From Candidatus Latescibacterota bacterium (GTDB taxonomy: Bacteria > Latescibacterota > UBA2968 > UBA8231): 64,000 nt of DNA. The DNA is taken from positions 3,808,001-3,872,000 of the forward strand of contig CBDFJF010000002.1 in assembly GCA_965248265.1 (NCBI GenBank), read 5' to 3'. The notes under the pieces are model-generated. The model was not told the origin of the DNA. It did no database searches and was given only the letters and a program-made list of their open reading frames with translations. Made by a program: the position numbers and the translations under genes. How positions within the stretch are numbered: the stretch's first letter is position 1; each line of letters opens with the position of its first letter. Shown piece by piece: positions 52,200 through 61,493 of the stretch.

Positions 52200-53171
52200 A
52201 TGGCTTCACGGGTGCAGAAGATCCGCCTGGGGTTATTTCTACTGATCTCGATCAGTGTCCTCGTCATTTTCCTCGTGATCGTGACGGGTGTCCAGGTACT
52301 GAAGCCGCGGGATCAATATTTCATCGAGTTCGCTTCATCCGTCGGCGGACTGACGAAGGGCAACCAGGTAAAGTATCAGGGGCTCAAGGTTGGTCGCGTC
52401 GAGAACACCTTTATTGACGACGAGGATCTGGGTACCGTAGTGGTCGAGATATCCCTCGACAGAGCGAAGGTGACGAACCTGATCCGCACCGACACCCAGG
52501 CCCAACTGGTCTCACAGGGCCTTGTCGGATTCAAGCACATCGAGCTCATCGCCGGATCTCGGGAGGCTGAGGTCCTGCCACCGGGATCCAGGATCCCATC
52601 TTCGTCAACCAAGCTGGCAAACCTGGGCGAATCGGCCCAGGTGCTGGCGGAGAAGCTGCAGCGGCTGGTGGATAACGCCACTTACCTGACACGACGCGAG
52701 AACAGCGAACGTCTTGGCCTGGCCCTGGATCAGAGCGGACAGCTGATGAAGCGGGGGAATCTCATCGTCGCGGACAACCGGGAATCTATCGACGCCATGT
52801 TCGACAACATGGCTTCCATGACGGAGTCGCTGGCGGAAACCGCCGTGCACCTGGAGGCAACGATGGATTCACTCCACCAGATTGTTGCCGACGGCCACAT
52901 GCGCGGCACGGTCGAGAATCTGCACCTGGCTGCCAAAGCGGCTCGGGCGCAACTCGAGGGGCCGGTGCCCGACCTGCTCGCGCACATGACCCAGGCGACC
53001 GGCAACCTCGACACGACTATCACTCACGTGGACAGGGTGGTCCTCAAGGGGCGCAAGGACTTCCTCGACGCCATGGCCAGCCTGCAGGAGACGCTGGAGA
53101 ACATTCGACAGGCGACGGAAATCATTCGCGAGAATCCCTCAGTGTTGATCCGTGGGACGGACAAGGAATGA
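52200..53171 (+). CDS. MCE/MlaD-family protein with long helical tail
   Basis: IRLGLF TM segment, SVGGLTKGNQVKYQGLKVGRV, QGLVGFKHIEL, ENPSVLIRG. Confidence 0.92.
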   Translation: MASRVQKIRLGLFLLISISVLVIFLVIVTGVQVLKPRDQYFIEFASSVGGLTKGNQVKYQGLKVGRVENTFIDDEDLGTVVVEISLDRAKVTNLIRTDTQAQLVSQGLVGFKHIELIAGSREAEVLPPGSRIPSSSTKLANLGESAQVLAEKLQRLVDNATYLTRRENSERLGLALDQSGQLMKRGNLIVADNRESIDAMFDNMASMTESLAETAVHLEATMDSLHQIVADGHMRGTVENLHLAAKAARAQLEGPVPDLLAHMTQATGNLDTTITHVDRVVLKGRKDFLDAMASLQETLENIRQATEIIRENPSVLIRGTDKE

Positions 53172-53971
53172 CTTCCGTCAGCCGCCACCACCGCACCCTG
53201 TACGTCATGCTGATGGCCAGCCTGCTGCCGGCCTGTTCGCAATTGCTGGGGGGAAAGGCAGTCATTCGGGAGAACAGGAAGTTCGTCGTCGATGATTCCA
53301 TTCCTCTCCGAGTCTCTCTCCCGAGTTCCCAGAGGCCTTACCCTTATAAAGTCGCGGTCGAGCGTTTCGATGTCTCCCGCCTCTACGACCGCAGTCAGGT
53401 CATCTATCGGCTTTCGCCTGAAGAAATCAGGGAAGACAATTATCTGCGTTGGGCCAACCGCCCGAGCGATATGATCACGGATGCCGTCGAGGGGTACCTC
53501 AGGCAATCCCTGCTTTTCAAGGATGTCCGCCAGGAATTCCTCGAGGAGCCCGATTTCACCCTGAGCGGTACCGTCAACAAGATCGAGCGCATCGACAGCG
53601 GTGACCAGTGGTACGCCAAGCTGGCCCTGTCGATGCAATTGACGAACAGGGACGGAGAGGTGATCTGGCGGGGCGACTTCGGTTTTGAGGAACCGGTGCA
53701 GGTATATCACGAAGATTTCGTGCAGTCAGTGGCGAAGATGAACCAGATGCTACACGGGTACATGATGGAGGCGGTCAAGGGCATCGATCTGCAGATTCTG
53801 CTGCGCAAGTACGACAGCGAAAACAGGCCGATCGAGCAGATTGAGCAGTTGTTGTCCGAGTACGAGAACGGAAGCGCTACGACGGCGGAGAGCGACTCGC
53901 TCGACGCGCGCGCTCGGCAGCTCATCCCGAGTAGTGATTACGAAGTGATCCCCGGAAAACCGACGCCATGA
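53168..53971 (+). CDS. PqiC-like ABC-transport auxiliary lipoprotein
   Basis: Lipobox LPAC, YDRSQVIYR, RWANRPSDMI, LSGTVNKIE. Confidence 0.8.
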   Translation: MTSVSRHHRTLYVMLMASLLPACSQLLGGKAVIRENRKFVVDDSIPLRVSLPSSQRPYPYKVAVERFDVSRLYDRSQVIYRLSPEEIREDNYLRWANRPSDMITDAVEGYLRQSLLFKDVRQEFLEEPDFTLSGTVNKIERIDSGDQWYAKLALSMQLTNRDGEVIWRGDFGFEEPVQVYHEDFVQSVAKMNQMLHGYMMEAVKGIDLQILLRKYDSENRPIEQIEQLLSEYENGSATTAESDSLDARARQLIPSSDYEVIPGKPTP

Positions 53972-55539
53972 CAGCCAACGCTGCAAGCTCACGCCATCTG
54001 TGCACGGCGTCCTGTTTTGTGTTGATGGTGCTCTGTGCTCCCCCAACTCGTCTACACGCTGACGAGACCACCTGGAGTGCCAAACCCAGACACGTCCAGC
54101 TGGCCGAGGACCCTCAGCCTCTCCCCAAGGGGAAAGGGATGCTATTCGTGCCGGCGATGAGTGTACCCCGGAGGAACGAGCCCAGTTACCAGGTTTTTCA
54201 CGGTGGGAAAAAAATCGCTGATGAGAATCCGGGCCGTGGGGTGCTGCTCAAGCCAGGCACCTATACCGTGCTGATCGGGTCTGGCGCCATCTCGCAGATG
54301 ATCTCCAAAACTGTGGAAGTATTCGAGGGCCATAGCACACTGTTGAAGCCCGACTGGGCGGCGCTCGTCGTCGACGTCATCGACGAAAGCCGCACCTCAG
54401 TCAACGAGTCGTATGAGCTCTATCAGGAAGGTACTCAGGAGAACTTCGGGTTGGGCTTCGGTATCGAAGAGGAACGCGGCGAGCGAGTCCGCACATGGCT
54501 CTTGAAGCCTGGCGTCTACCATGTCGTCAACGTCGACGAATCGTTCTCCACTATACGCAAGCTCAGCGTGAACCTGGAGTCCGGTAAGCTCGTGCAGCGA
54601 AACCTGGTATTCGACGCCGACGAGAGCCGGTTCATCGGATTTTACCAGCGTCCGGTCGGGCAATACGGCAGCTCCCAGAAGTTCCGGGCATTGACCTCGC
54701 AGACGGAATTGAGTGGCTCGGTCCTGGGGAACACGACTCAGCGCACAGCCCAGGATCGCACCTCTCTGTCTCTTTCCTTACAGATGTTCAACCGCACCAG
54801 CTACAAATCCGACAAGAACATTGCCAGTTTGCGCTTCATCCTCGAAGAGGGGGCGACCAAGGAGGAGGGCAGTGCCTTCCGCAAATCGATCGATAAATTC
54901 GAGGCGCGCGGAACGTATATTTTTCGCGTTTCACCCAAGTTCGGCCCCTACCTTCGCGCCGTCATGACGACGAAACTATTCACGAATGACGTCTTTTTCG
55001 ATCAACCGCGAGATTTCGTCAAGCTCAGCAACATTGGATTAGACGAGCTGGGTAACACTCGTTACGATACGCTTGGGATCGAACCCAACGCTTCTGAGAT
55101 CACGCTATCTCCCTCGTTTTTTCCCCTTCAGCTGCGCCAGGGTGTGGGAATCAACTCACAACTGCTTCGCACCTTCCCCCTCAACATCGATGTCCGTATC
55201 GGGGTCGGTGCGCGCCAGACCTTCAACTCTGATTCGTTCGAACTGGCCGGCAACGACAGCAGTGCCATCGAGCGGGAGAACACCTCCAGCACCGGAATCG
55301 AAGCCCTCTTGATCACAGACGCCAGGTTGGCCAAGGCCATCAACTTCGACTCCGAATTCGACATCCTCATCCCATCCACCGACCCCAACGAGTGGGAGTT
55401 CAGTTGGGAGAACCGCATGAGGATCTTCCTGACCAGCTTCATCAACCTCGACATCGTCGCCGATCTGGAACGCGGAAAATTTCCCAGCCAAACCGCGGGC
55501 CGCGAGCAGATTCTGCTGCGCTTTTCCAGGTTCTTCTGA
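53968..55539 (+). CDS. Predicted outer-membrane beta-barrel (DUF3078-like) with two N-terminal beta-sandwich repeats
   Basis: Signal peptide, two LLKPG.Y.V repeats, amphipathic strands (FRKSIDKFEARGTY, PYLR, SFFPLQLRQGVG) and a terminal ILLRFSRFF. Confidence 0.6.
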   Translation: MTANAASSRHLCTASCFVLMVLCAPPTRLHADETTWSAKPRHVQLAEDPQPLPKGKGMLFVPAMSVPRRNEPSYQVFHGGKKIADENPGRGVLLKPGTYTVLIGSGAISQMISKTVEVFEGHSTLLKPDWAALVVDVIDESRTSVNESYELYQEGTQENFGLGFGIEEERGERVRTWLLKPGVYHVVNVDESFSTIRKLSVNLESGKLVQRNLVFDADESRFIGFYQRPVGQYGSSQKFRALTSQTELSGSVLGNTTQRTAQDRTSLSLSLQMFNRTSYKSDKNIASLRFILEEGATKEEGSAFRKSIDKFEARGTYIFRVSPKFGPYLRAVMTTKLFTNDVFFDQPRDFVKLSNIGLDELGNTRYDTLGIEPNASEITLSPSFFPLQLRQGVGINSQLLRTFPLNIDVRIGVGARQTFNSDSFELAGNDSSAIERENTSSTGIEALLITDARLAKAINFDSEFDILIPSTDPNEWEFSWENRMRIFLTSFINLDIVADLERGKFPSQTAGREQILLRFSRFF

Positions 55540-55559
55540 ACGACTCAAACACACGCACC

Positions 55560-56651
55560 GTGACCGGCATCAGGCGTGACGGCAACGGCGAGATTCGCAT
55601 AGAGGGCGAACTCACCCTGCACAGCGTGGCGCAGTTGGAGATGGAGCTGCACGAATCACTGGCTGTGGAGAGCGTTCGCGTCTTCATCGACTTGGGCGGA
55701 GTGACGAGTCTCGACACCGCGGGTGCCGTTTTTGTACGGCGCCTACCGGACATCGCTCGGATGGCAGGAATCGTGTTGACCCTTGGACCGCTACCCGCAC
55801 ACCTGCGGGGGTTTTTTGACTACGTCGGCGACGCCCCGGCTGCCCCAGTTACTGAACAAGATCAATCCACCCCTCTGGAGCACCTGGGCGGTTGGATGGT
55901 GAAGACCTGGGACGGTCTGTTCGCCTTCCTCTACCTGTTGTCTGATCTGACATGGGATGCCATCTCCGCCCTGCCCAAGCGTGAGGGAATACGCCGCGGT
56001 TCATTCGTGGACCAGGCCGTCTTCGTGGGCTCGCAGGGGTTGCCGATCGTTGCCGTGATCATGTTCCTGATCGGCGCCGTGTCGACCCTGCAGACGATCG
56101 CCCAGCTGCGGCAGTTCGGTGCCAACGTTCTGGTCGCCGACATCCTCGCCATCGGCATAACGCGGGAGCTGGGGCCGCTGATGACGGCGATCATCGTCGC
56201 CGGCCGCAGCGGCTCGGCCATCGCGGCTGAGATCTCGACTATGAAATTCACCGAGGAAATCGACGCCCTGCGCACGATGGCGCTGGATCCCCTTCGCCTG
56301 GTTGCCGTTCCCAAGATGTGGGCGATGATCCTGACCGTGCCACTGTTGACGGTGATGGCTGATTTCATGGGCCTTCTCGGCGGCACACTCACGGGTGTCC
56401 TGTCGATGGAGATCTCCCTGACGACCTGGACGACCCGCATCACCGAAGCCCTGATGCTCAAGGACGTACTCACCGGCCTGCTCAAGAGCGTCTCATTCGC
56501 CTGGATCATCACCGTTATCGCCGTAGGCCGCGGACTGCAACACAGCGGAGGCGCTTCCGGCGTCGGCCAGGCAACGACTGCATCCGTCGTCGCCTCGATC
56601 TTCGGCATCATCGTCCTCGATCTCACCTGGAATCTTATTTTCTACCTGTGA
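55560..56651 (+). CDS. MlaE-family permease with N-terminal STAS domain
   Basis: DLGGVTSLDTAG, RELGPLMTAIIVAGRSGSAIAAEISTMK..EEIDAL, VGQATTASVV. Confidence 0.93.
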   Translation: MTGIRRDGNGEIRIEGELTLHSVAQLEMELHESLAVESVRVFIDLGGVTSLDTAGAVFVRRLPDIARMAGIVLTLGPLPAHLRGFFDYVGDAPAAPVTEQDQSTPLEHLGGWMVKTWDGLFAFLYLLSDLTWDAISALPKREGIRRGSFVDQAVFVGSQGLPIVAVIMFLIGAVSTLQTIAQLRQFGANVLVADILAIGITRELGPLMTAIIVAGRSGSAIAAEISTMKFTEEIDALRTMALDPLRLVAVPKMWAMILTVPLLTVMADFMGLLGGTLTGVLSMEISLTTWTTRITEALMLKDVLTGLLKSVSFAWIITVIAVGRGLQHSGGASGVGQATTASVVASIFGIIVLDLTWNLIFYL

Positions 56652-57403
56652 TGATGACGACTACCGCGGCCTCGCTGTTGGCGATTGAAATCGACGAACT
56701 GGCCGTAGCCTACGACGGCCACTTCGTTCTTCGTGACGTCAATCTACAGGTTACCAACGGCGACATCGCCGTCATCGTTGGCGGCAGCGGGTGCGGTAAG
56801 ACGACCCTGCTGAAAGCGATCATCGGATTGGTCGAGCCAACATCAGGCAGAGTCCGTGTGCTGGGTCGCAGTGCCGTCGAAGAGACAGAGCTCGAGCAGC
56901 GTGCCTTCCAGCAGCGACTGGGCGTACTCTTTCAACACGGTGCTCTGTTGAACTCGATCACCGTGGGTGAGAACGTGGCGTTGCCACTGGAAATGCACAC
57001 GCAGATGTCATCGTCGATGATCCGCGACATCGTCATGACTCGGCTGAACCAGGTCGGCCTGGTACACGCTGTCGATCTCATGCCAACGGAGCTGTCGGGC
57101 GGCATGCGCAAGCGCGCCGCACTCGCCCGTGCCATGTCCCTCGATCCCGAGATCCTGTTCTGCGACGAACCTGGCGCCGGCCTCGATCCCGTGACCGCGG
57201 CAGAGGTCGACAACCTGTTGCTGACAATCAACCAGGCCCTGAACACGACCATCGTCATCGTCACTCATGAACTGCTGAGCATCAACCGTCTTGATGGCCA
57301 ACTGCTGATGCTGGATGGTGGCCGGGTCGTGTTTTCCGGGTCCACGGCTGATGCCCGCACTTCATCGCTGCCACAGCTGCAGCAGTTCTTCAGCCCAGGC
57401 TGA
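56648..57403 (+). CDS. MlaF-family ABC ATPase
   Basis: GGSGCGKT, LFQHGALLNS, LSGGMRKR, DEPGAGLDP. Confidence 0.95.
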   Translation: MMMTTTAASLLAIEIDELAVAYDGHFVLRDVNLQVTNGDIAVIVGGSGCGKTTLLKAIIGLVEPTSGRVRVLGRSAVEETELEQRAFQQRLGVLFQHGALLNSITVGENVALPLEMHTQMSSSMIRDIVMTRLNQVGLVHAVDLMPTELSGGMRKRAALARAMSLDPEILFCDEPGAGLDPVTAAEVDNLLLTINQALNTTIVIVTHELLSINRLDGQLLMLDGGRVVFSGSTADARTSSLPQLQQFFSPG

Positions 57404-57894
57404 TGGAAACGATCATCATCGCGGCGGTCACCGACAACGACGTCATCGGGCGGGACGGAGGCATGCCTTGGCATTTCCCCGCCGACATGCGCCATTTTGA
57501 GCGCACGACGACCGGGCATTCGTGCGTGATGGGACGTCGGACCTACGAGTCATTCCCCCGGCGCCCGTTGCGCAATCGCACCAACATCGTGCTGACCAGC
57601 AACGCTGATTACGACGCTCCCCCAGAAGTCGTTGTCATGAACAACCTGGGAGGGGCACTCGATTTCGCCGCGACATCGGGGGCAGCCAAGCTGTTCGTAT
57701 GCGGAGGCGCGCGTGTCTATGAGGAAGCCCTGCCGCACGTGGACGAGATGATCCTCACCCGAATCCACCTAAAGGTTGAAGGCGACACGTATTTTCCTGA
57801 CTGGGACGTTGACCAGTTCGAAGTCGTCGACAGGGACGCACTCGATGAGGCGGATCTGGAGGTCGTCACCTACCGACGCAAACCGAATTCGTAA
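57403..57894 (+). CDS. folA: Dihydrofolate reductase
   Basis: VIGRDGGMPW..PADM, VMGRRTYES, PL.NR.NIVL, GG..VY, GDTYFP. Confidence 0.97.
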   Translation: METIIIAAVTDNDVIGRDGGMPWHFPADMRHFERTTTGHSCVMGRRTYESFPRRPLRNRTNIVLTSNADYDAPPEVVVMNNLGGALDFAATSGAAKLFVCGGARVYEEALPHVDEMILTRIHLKVEGDTYFPDWDVDQFEVVDRDALDEADLEVVTYRRKPNS

Positions 57895-57964
57895 TTGTGC
57901 GACCGTAGAAATAGTTTATAGGTACGCACACCTTCTCTCGGCCCCACACCAAAGAGATCAGACC

Positions 57965-59161
57965 ATGTTCGAGTCCGTAGAAATGGCACCCGCTGACCCC
58001 ATTCTGGGCCTCAGTGCCGCGTTCCGCGAAGATCCCAATCCCGCCAAGATCAATCTCGGCGTCGGCGAGTACCGTGACACAGAGGGCAACACGCCGGTGT
58101 TGCAGACCGTGAAGGAGGTCGAGGCTCAGATGCTCAGTCAGGAAACCTCGAAATCCTATCTGCCCATCGAGGGATCTGCCGAGTACGGCGCTGCCGTGAG
58201 AACGCTGTTGTTCGGAGAAGCAGATGTGGACGAGCCAGTTGCCGGGCGTAGCGCAATTACCCTGCAGACTCCCGGGGGCACCGGTGCCTTGCGGTTAGCC
58301 GGTGATTTCATCCACCGCCACTATCCCGGGTCACGGCTCTGGCTCAGCGATCCAACCTGGGCCAATCATCCCAAGATCTTTGAGGCAGCCGGCGTCGCGG
58401 TATCCAGCTATCCCTATTTTGACACCGCCACCAACGAGCTGAATTTCGAGGCGATGAAGAGCGCATTGAGGAATGATGTTGCGCAAGGCGACGTGGTTCT
58501 CCTGCACGGATGCTGCCACAACCCTTGTGGAGCCGACCCGACGCCCGCACAGTGGCAGGAAATCGGCGAGATACTCGCTTCCCACGGCGGAGTTCCCTTC
58601 ATCGATTTCGCCTATCAAGGATTTGCTGATGGATTAGAAGCGGACGCCCAGGGGCTGAGAGCACTGCTACCCTCCTGTCCCGAGGTGCTCATCGCCAGCT
58701 CCTTCTCGAAGAACTTCGCGCTCTACAAAGAGCGCGTCGGGGCGCTTACGGCGGTGACGCCATCGGCGTCCACGGCTGCAGTGCTGAGCCACCTGAAGGT
58801 CTGCGTACGCACGAACTTCTCGAATCCACCAGCGCATGGCGCCGCCATCGTCGCCGGCATCCTCCACGATCCTGATCTGCGCGCGCGTTGGGAAGGCGAA
58901 CTCGCCGCCATGCGTGAACGAATAAACGGCATGCGATCGCTGTATGTAAGCACCATGAAGGCGAAGGGCGTGGAACTCGACTTCACCTTCATCGAGCGTC
59001 AGCGCGGCATGTTCTCGTTTTCCGGTCTCGACAAGGATCAGGTGGAGCAGCTGCGTGAGCGTTACTCGATCTACATCGTGGGCTCAGGGCGCATCAATGT
59101 CGCCGCCATCACTCCAGCGAACGTCGACGGTCTGTGCGAGGCTATTGCTTCGGTATTGTGA
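57965..59161 (+). CDS. aspC: Aspartate/aromatic aminotransferase (AspC/TyrB type)
   Basis: APADPILGL, KINLGVG, GGTGAL, HGCCHNP, SFSKNF.LY.ERVG, SGRINVA. Confidence 0.92.
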   Translation: MFESVEMAPADPILGLSAAFREDPNPAKINLGVGEYRDTEGNTPVLQTVKEVEAQMLSQETSKSYLPIEGSAEYGAAVRTLLFGEADVDEPVAGRSAITLQTPGGTGALRLAGDFIHRHYPGSRLWLSDPTWANHPKIFEAAGVAVSSYPYFDTATNELNFEAMKSALRNDVAQGDVVLLHGCCHNPCGADPTPAQWQEIGEILASHGGVPFIDFAYQGFADGLEADAQGLRALLPSCPEVLIASSFSKNFALYKERVGALTAVTPSASTAAVLSHLKVCVRTNFSNPPAHGAAIVAGILHDPDLRARWEGELAAMRERINGMRSLYVSTMKAKGVELDFTFIERQRGMFSFSGLDKDQVEQLRERYSIYIVGSGRINVAAITPANVDGLCEAIASVL

Positions 59162-59193
59162 GGACGATGGCGCCAAGGACCGGCGCCGCGCAC

Positions 59194-60357
59194 TTACCCA
59201 AACACCGATAACTCCCGCAAGCGGGTGACCACCTCCGGCACTATCCCGATCACGCGGTCGATCTCTTCCTGATCGTTCGAGTATCCGATGGAAAACCGGA
59301 CTGAGGATGCGGCGAGGCGAGGCTCGAGTCCCATAGCCAGCAAGACATGAGAGGGATCGGTGGAACCCGAGGCGCAAGCAGAACCGCTGGACACAGCGAT
59401 GCCGGCGAGATCCAGTCCCATGACGACGGCTTCGGATTCTACCCCGGTAAACGCAATACTGGATGTATTCGCCAACCGCGCACCGCCATGGCCATGGATG
59501 ACGATGTCATCGAGGGCGGCCGATAGCCCGGACTCGAGGCGGTCCCGTAGACGACCCCAATGCTTGGGGGCTTGGCCCAACTCTCGCCGGGTCAATTCCA
59601 CGGCCCGTCCAAAGCCCACTATGCTGGCGACGTTTTCGGTACCGGCCCGCAACCCTCCCTCGTGATCGCCTCCGTGCATTAGGGCTTCGATCGTCGTTCC
59701 CGCACGCACGTAGAGGGCGCCAACTCCCTTGGGTCCGTTGATTTTGTGAGCCGATACGGAGACAGCGTCGGCATTGAACTTCGATGGATGGACCAGCAGC
59801 TTGCCGAATGTCTGCACGGCATCCACATGAAACGGGATTCCCCGTTCCCTCGCCATGCGGCCAGCTTCCTCCACAGGCTGCAGGGAGCCGGTTTCGTTGT
59901 TCGCGTGCATGATTGACAACAGCGATGTGTCCCCGCCGTCGAGACTGGTTTCCAAGGCCTCCAGATCCAGCACTCCGTGGGTGTCCACCGGCACGTAGAC
60001 GACCTCATGTCCCATACTTTCCAGGAACTGACACGTGTGCAAAACCGCGTGGTGTTCGATTGCCGAAGTCACGATCCTACACCGGGCCCTTGTCGCATTC
60101 AATCCTTTGATGGCCCAGTTATCCGCTTCCGTGCCACCACTGGTGAAGTGAATCTCCTCCGGAGCGCAGGCCAGCGCTGTTGCCAGCGATGCTCTGGCCT
60201 CTTCGATTCCTTGCCGGGCTTGGATGCCGATGCTGTGAATGCTGGAAGGATTGCCGCAGGCCCCTTCCAGAAACGGTAGCATCACTTCGAGCACGCGAGG
60301 ATGTATTGGAGTCGTAGCGTTGTGGTCCAGGTAGATAATGGAGTTACCCGTTTTCAT
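59194..60357 (-). CDS. iscS: Group I cysteine desulfurase (IscS/NifS)
   Basis: YLDHNATT, GNPSS, FTSGGTEADN, SAHKINGPKG, SSGSAC. Confidence 0.93.
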   Translation of the reverse strand: MKTGNSIIYLDHNATTPIHPRVLEVMLPFLEGACGNPSSIHSIGIQARQGIEEARASLATALACAPEEIHFTSGGTEADNWAIKGLNATRARCRIVTSAIEHHAVLHTCQFLESMGHEVVYVPVDTHGVLDLEALETSLDGGDTSLLSIMHANNETGSLQPVEEAGRMARERGIPFHVDAVQTFGKLLVHPSKFNADAVSVSAHKINGPKGVGALYVRAGTTIEALMHGGDHEGGLRAGTENVASIVGFGRAVELTRRELGQAPKHWGRLRDRLESGLSAALDDIVIHGHGGARLANTSSIAFTGVESEAVVMGLDLAGIAVSSGSACASGSTDPSHVLLAMGLEPRLAASSVRFSIGYSNDQEEIDRVIGIVPEVVTRLRELSVFG

Positions 60358-61493
60358 TGGACTAGCACGTCAAAGCTGATCGCCCGTAGCAGTACTGGTG
60401 ACCCGCTCAGGAGTTCGGGTTTGCTGACCAGACTCGCTTCGCCGATGATGAACTTCTCCTCGGAGCCCAACTCGATGCCGTCCCCACCACGCACGATTTC
60501 CACTGGCGCTCCCTCGCCCACTTCTGTCGTCAGGAAGTTCGTGAGTTTGCCATCGATCAAGTCCAGGCCGCGAAAATCCTTCACTTGACCCCGCCTGATC
60601 AGCTCGTCAATCTCTTCGAACAACTCGCCGCGATCGGCGTCCAGCTCCTCGGCAATGACGAAATACAACGTGTGGACAATGTTCTCCGCCTCGAATGTAA
60701 ACGTGCTGGCAATCTGATCATGGCCGGCATATACGGGATTGAGATCGATCAGATCGTGCCGCACGCCGTCGGAGCGAAAGAGAAACGCCCAGACCGCACA
60801 GTCCGCATCCGTGGTGTAACGCAACTGCATCCGATCACCGATGGCCACGGCGGAACCCTCTTCCAACGGCACCAAATCAGTGAAGGAACCGGTGACGCGC
60901 CACAGTATCAGATGAAGGTCAACATTCACGACGAAGGCGGCGTCCGCGAGCTCCTGAGGCTCCAGCTCCCTAAACTTCGCTGCCGCCCGAGTCAGCTCGC
61001 GCTCTGTCAGGCGGGAAGCCCTCGTGTGGCGGACCGCTCCGTTCTGCCTTTCGGTCAGCACTAGGCGCACATACGCCCATGGCGAGTCGTAGTGAACCTT
61101 GCCGCTCAACAACAGCTCCGAGGACAACTCTTGCCAGTCGGTTGGTAACACCGAATCAGCCTTCCAGGAAGGCGCCTTCTTTTCCTGCGAACTTTCCACC
61201 ATCATACCGACACCCGCGGCGACTGGTGCTCGACGGCGCAGCAGCGCATTCATGAGATGGTCGTCGAGCAAGCGAGTTTCAGCCGTCTGCCGACCGTCAT
61301 CATTTCTGAAGCCGAGTACGGCTATCGAGCCGTCCGCTTGATCGATCGTTCCAGCTACCTCGTCCACTAGGTGGCCGATCGTTGGGGGTATGCCCTGCTC
61401 CTGCGGGCGTCGTGGCCATTGATCCCGGATCAATCCGCATCCCGCAACGCAGCAGGAAACCGTCACCCATGCTGCGACCTCCTGCCAGCTCAC
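60354..61493 (-). CDS. Lipoprotein with FlgO/TolB_N-like and DUF4384-like domains
   Basis: Lipobox VAGC, SIAVLGFRN..G, GDRMQLRY....VWAFL..SDG. Confidence 0.55.
   Translation of the reverse strand: MSWQEVAAWVTVSCCVAGCGLIRDQWPRRPQEQGIPPTIGHLVDEVAGTIDQADGSIAVLGFRNDDGRQTAETRLLDDHLMNALLRRRAPVAAGVGMMVESSQEKKAPSWKADSVLPTDWQELSSELLLSGKVHYDSPWAYVRLVLTERQNGAVRHTRASRLTERELTRAAAKFRELEPQELADAAFVVNVDLHLILWRVTGSFTDLVPLEEGSAVAIGDRMQLRYTTDADCAVWAFLFRSDGVRHDLIDLNPVYAGHDQIASTFTFEAENIVHTLYFVIAEELDADRGELFEEIDELIRRGQVKDFRGLDLIDGKLTNFLTTEVGEGAPVEIVRGGDGIELGSEEKFIIGEASLVSKPELLSGSPVLLRAISFDVLVQ

Noticed and set aside
59194-60357. iscS as DndA/SspA of a phosphorothioation system
   Set aside because: No DndC/D/E or Ssp-like motifs (PAPS reductase, ATPase) in the neighbouring genes.
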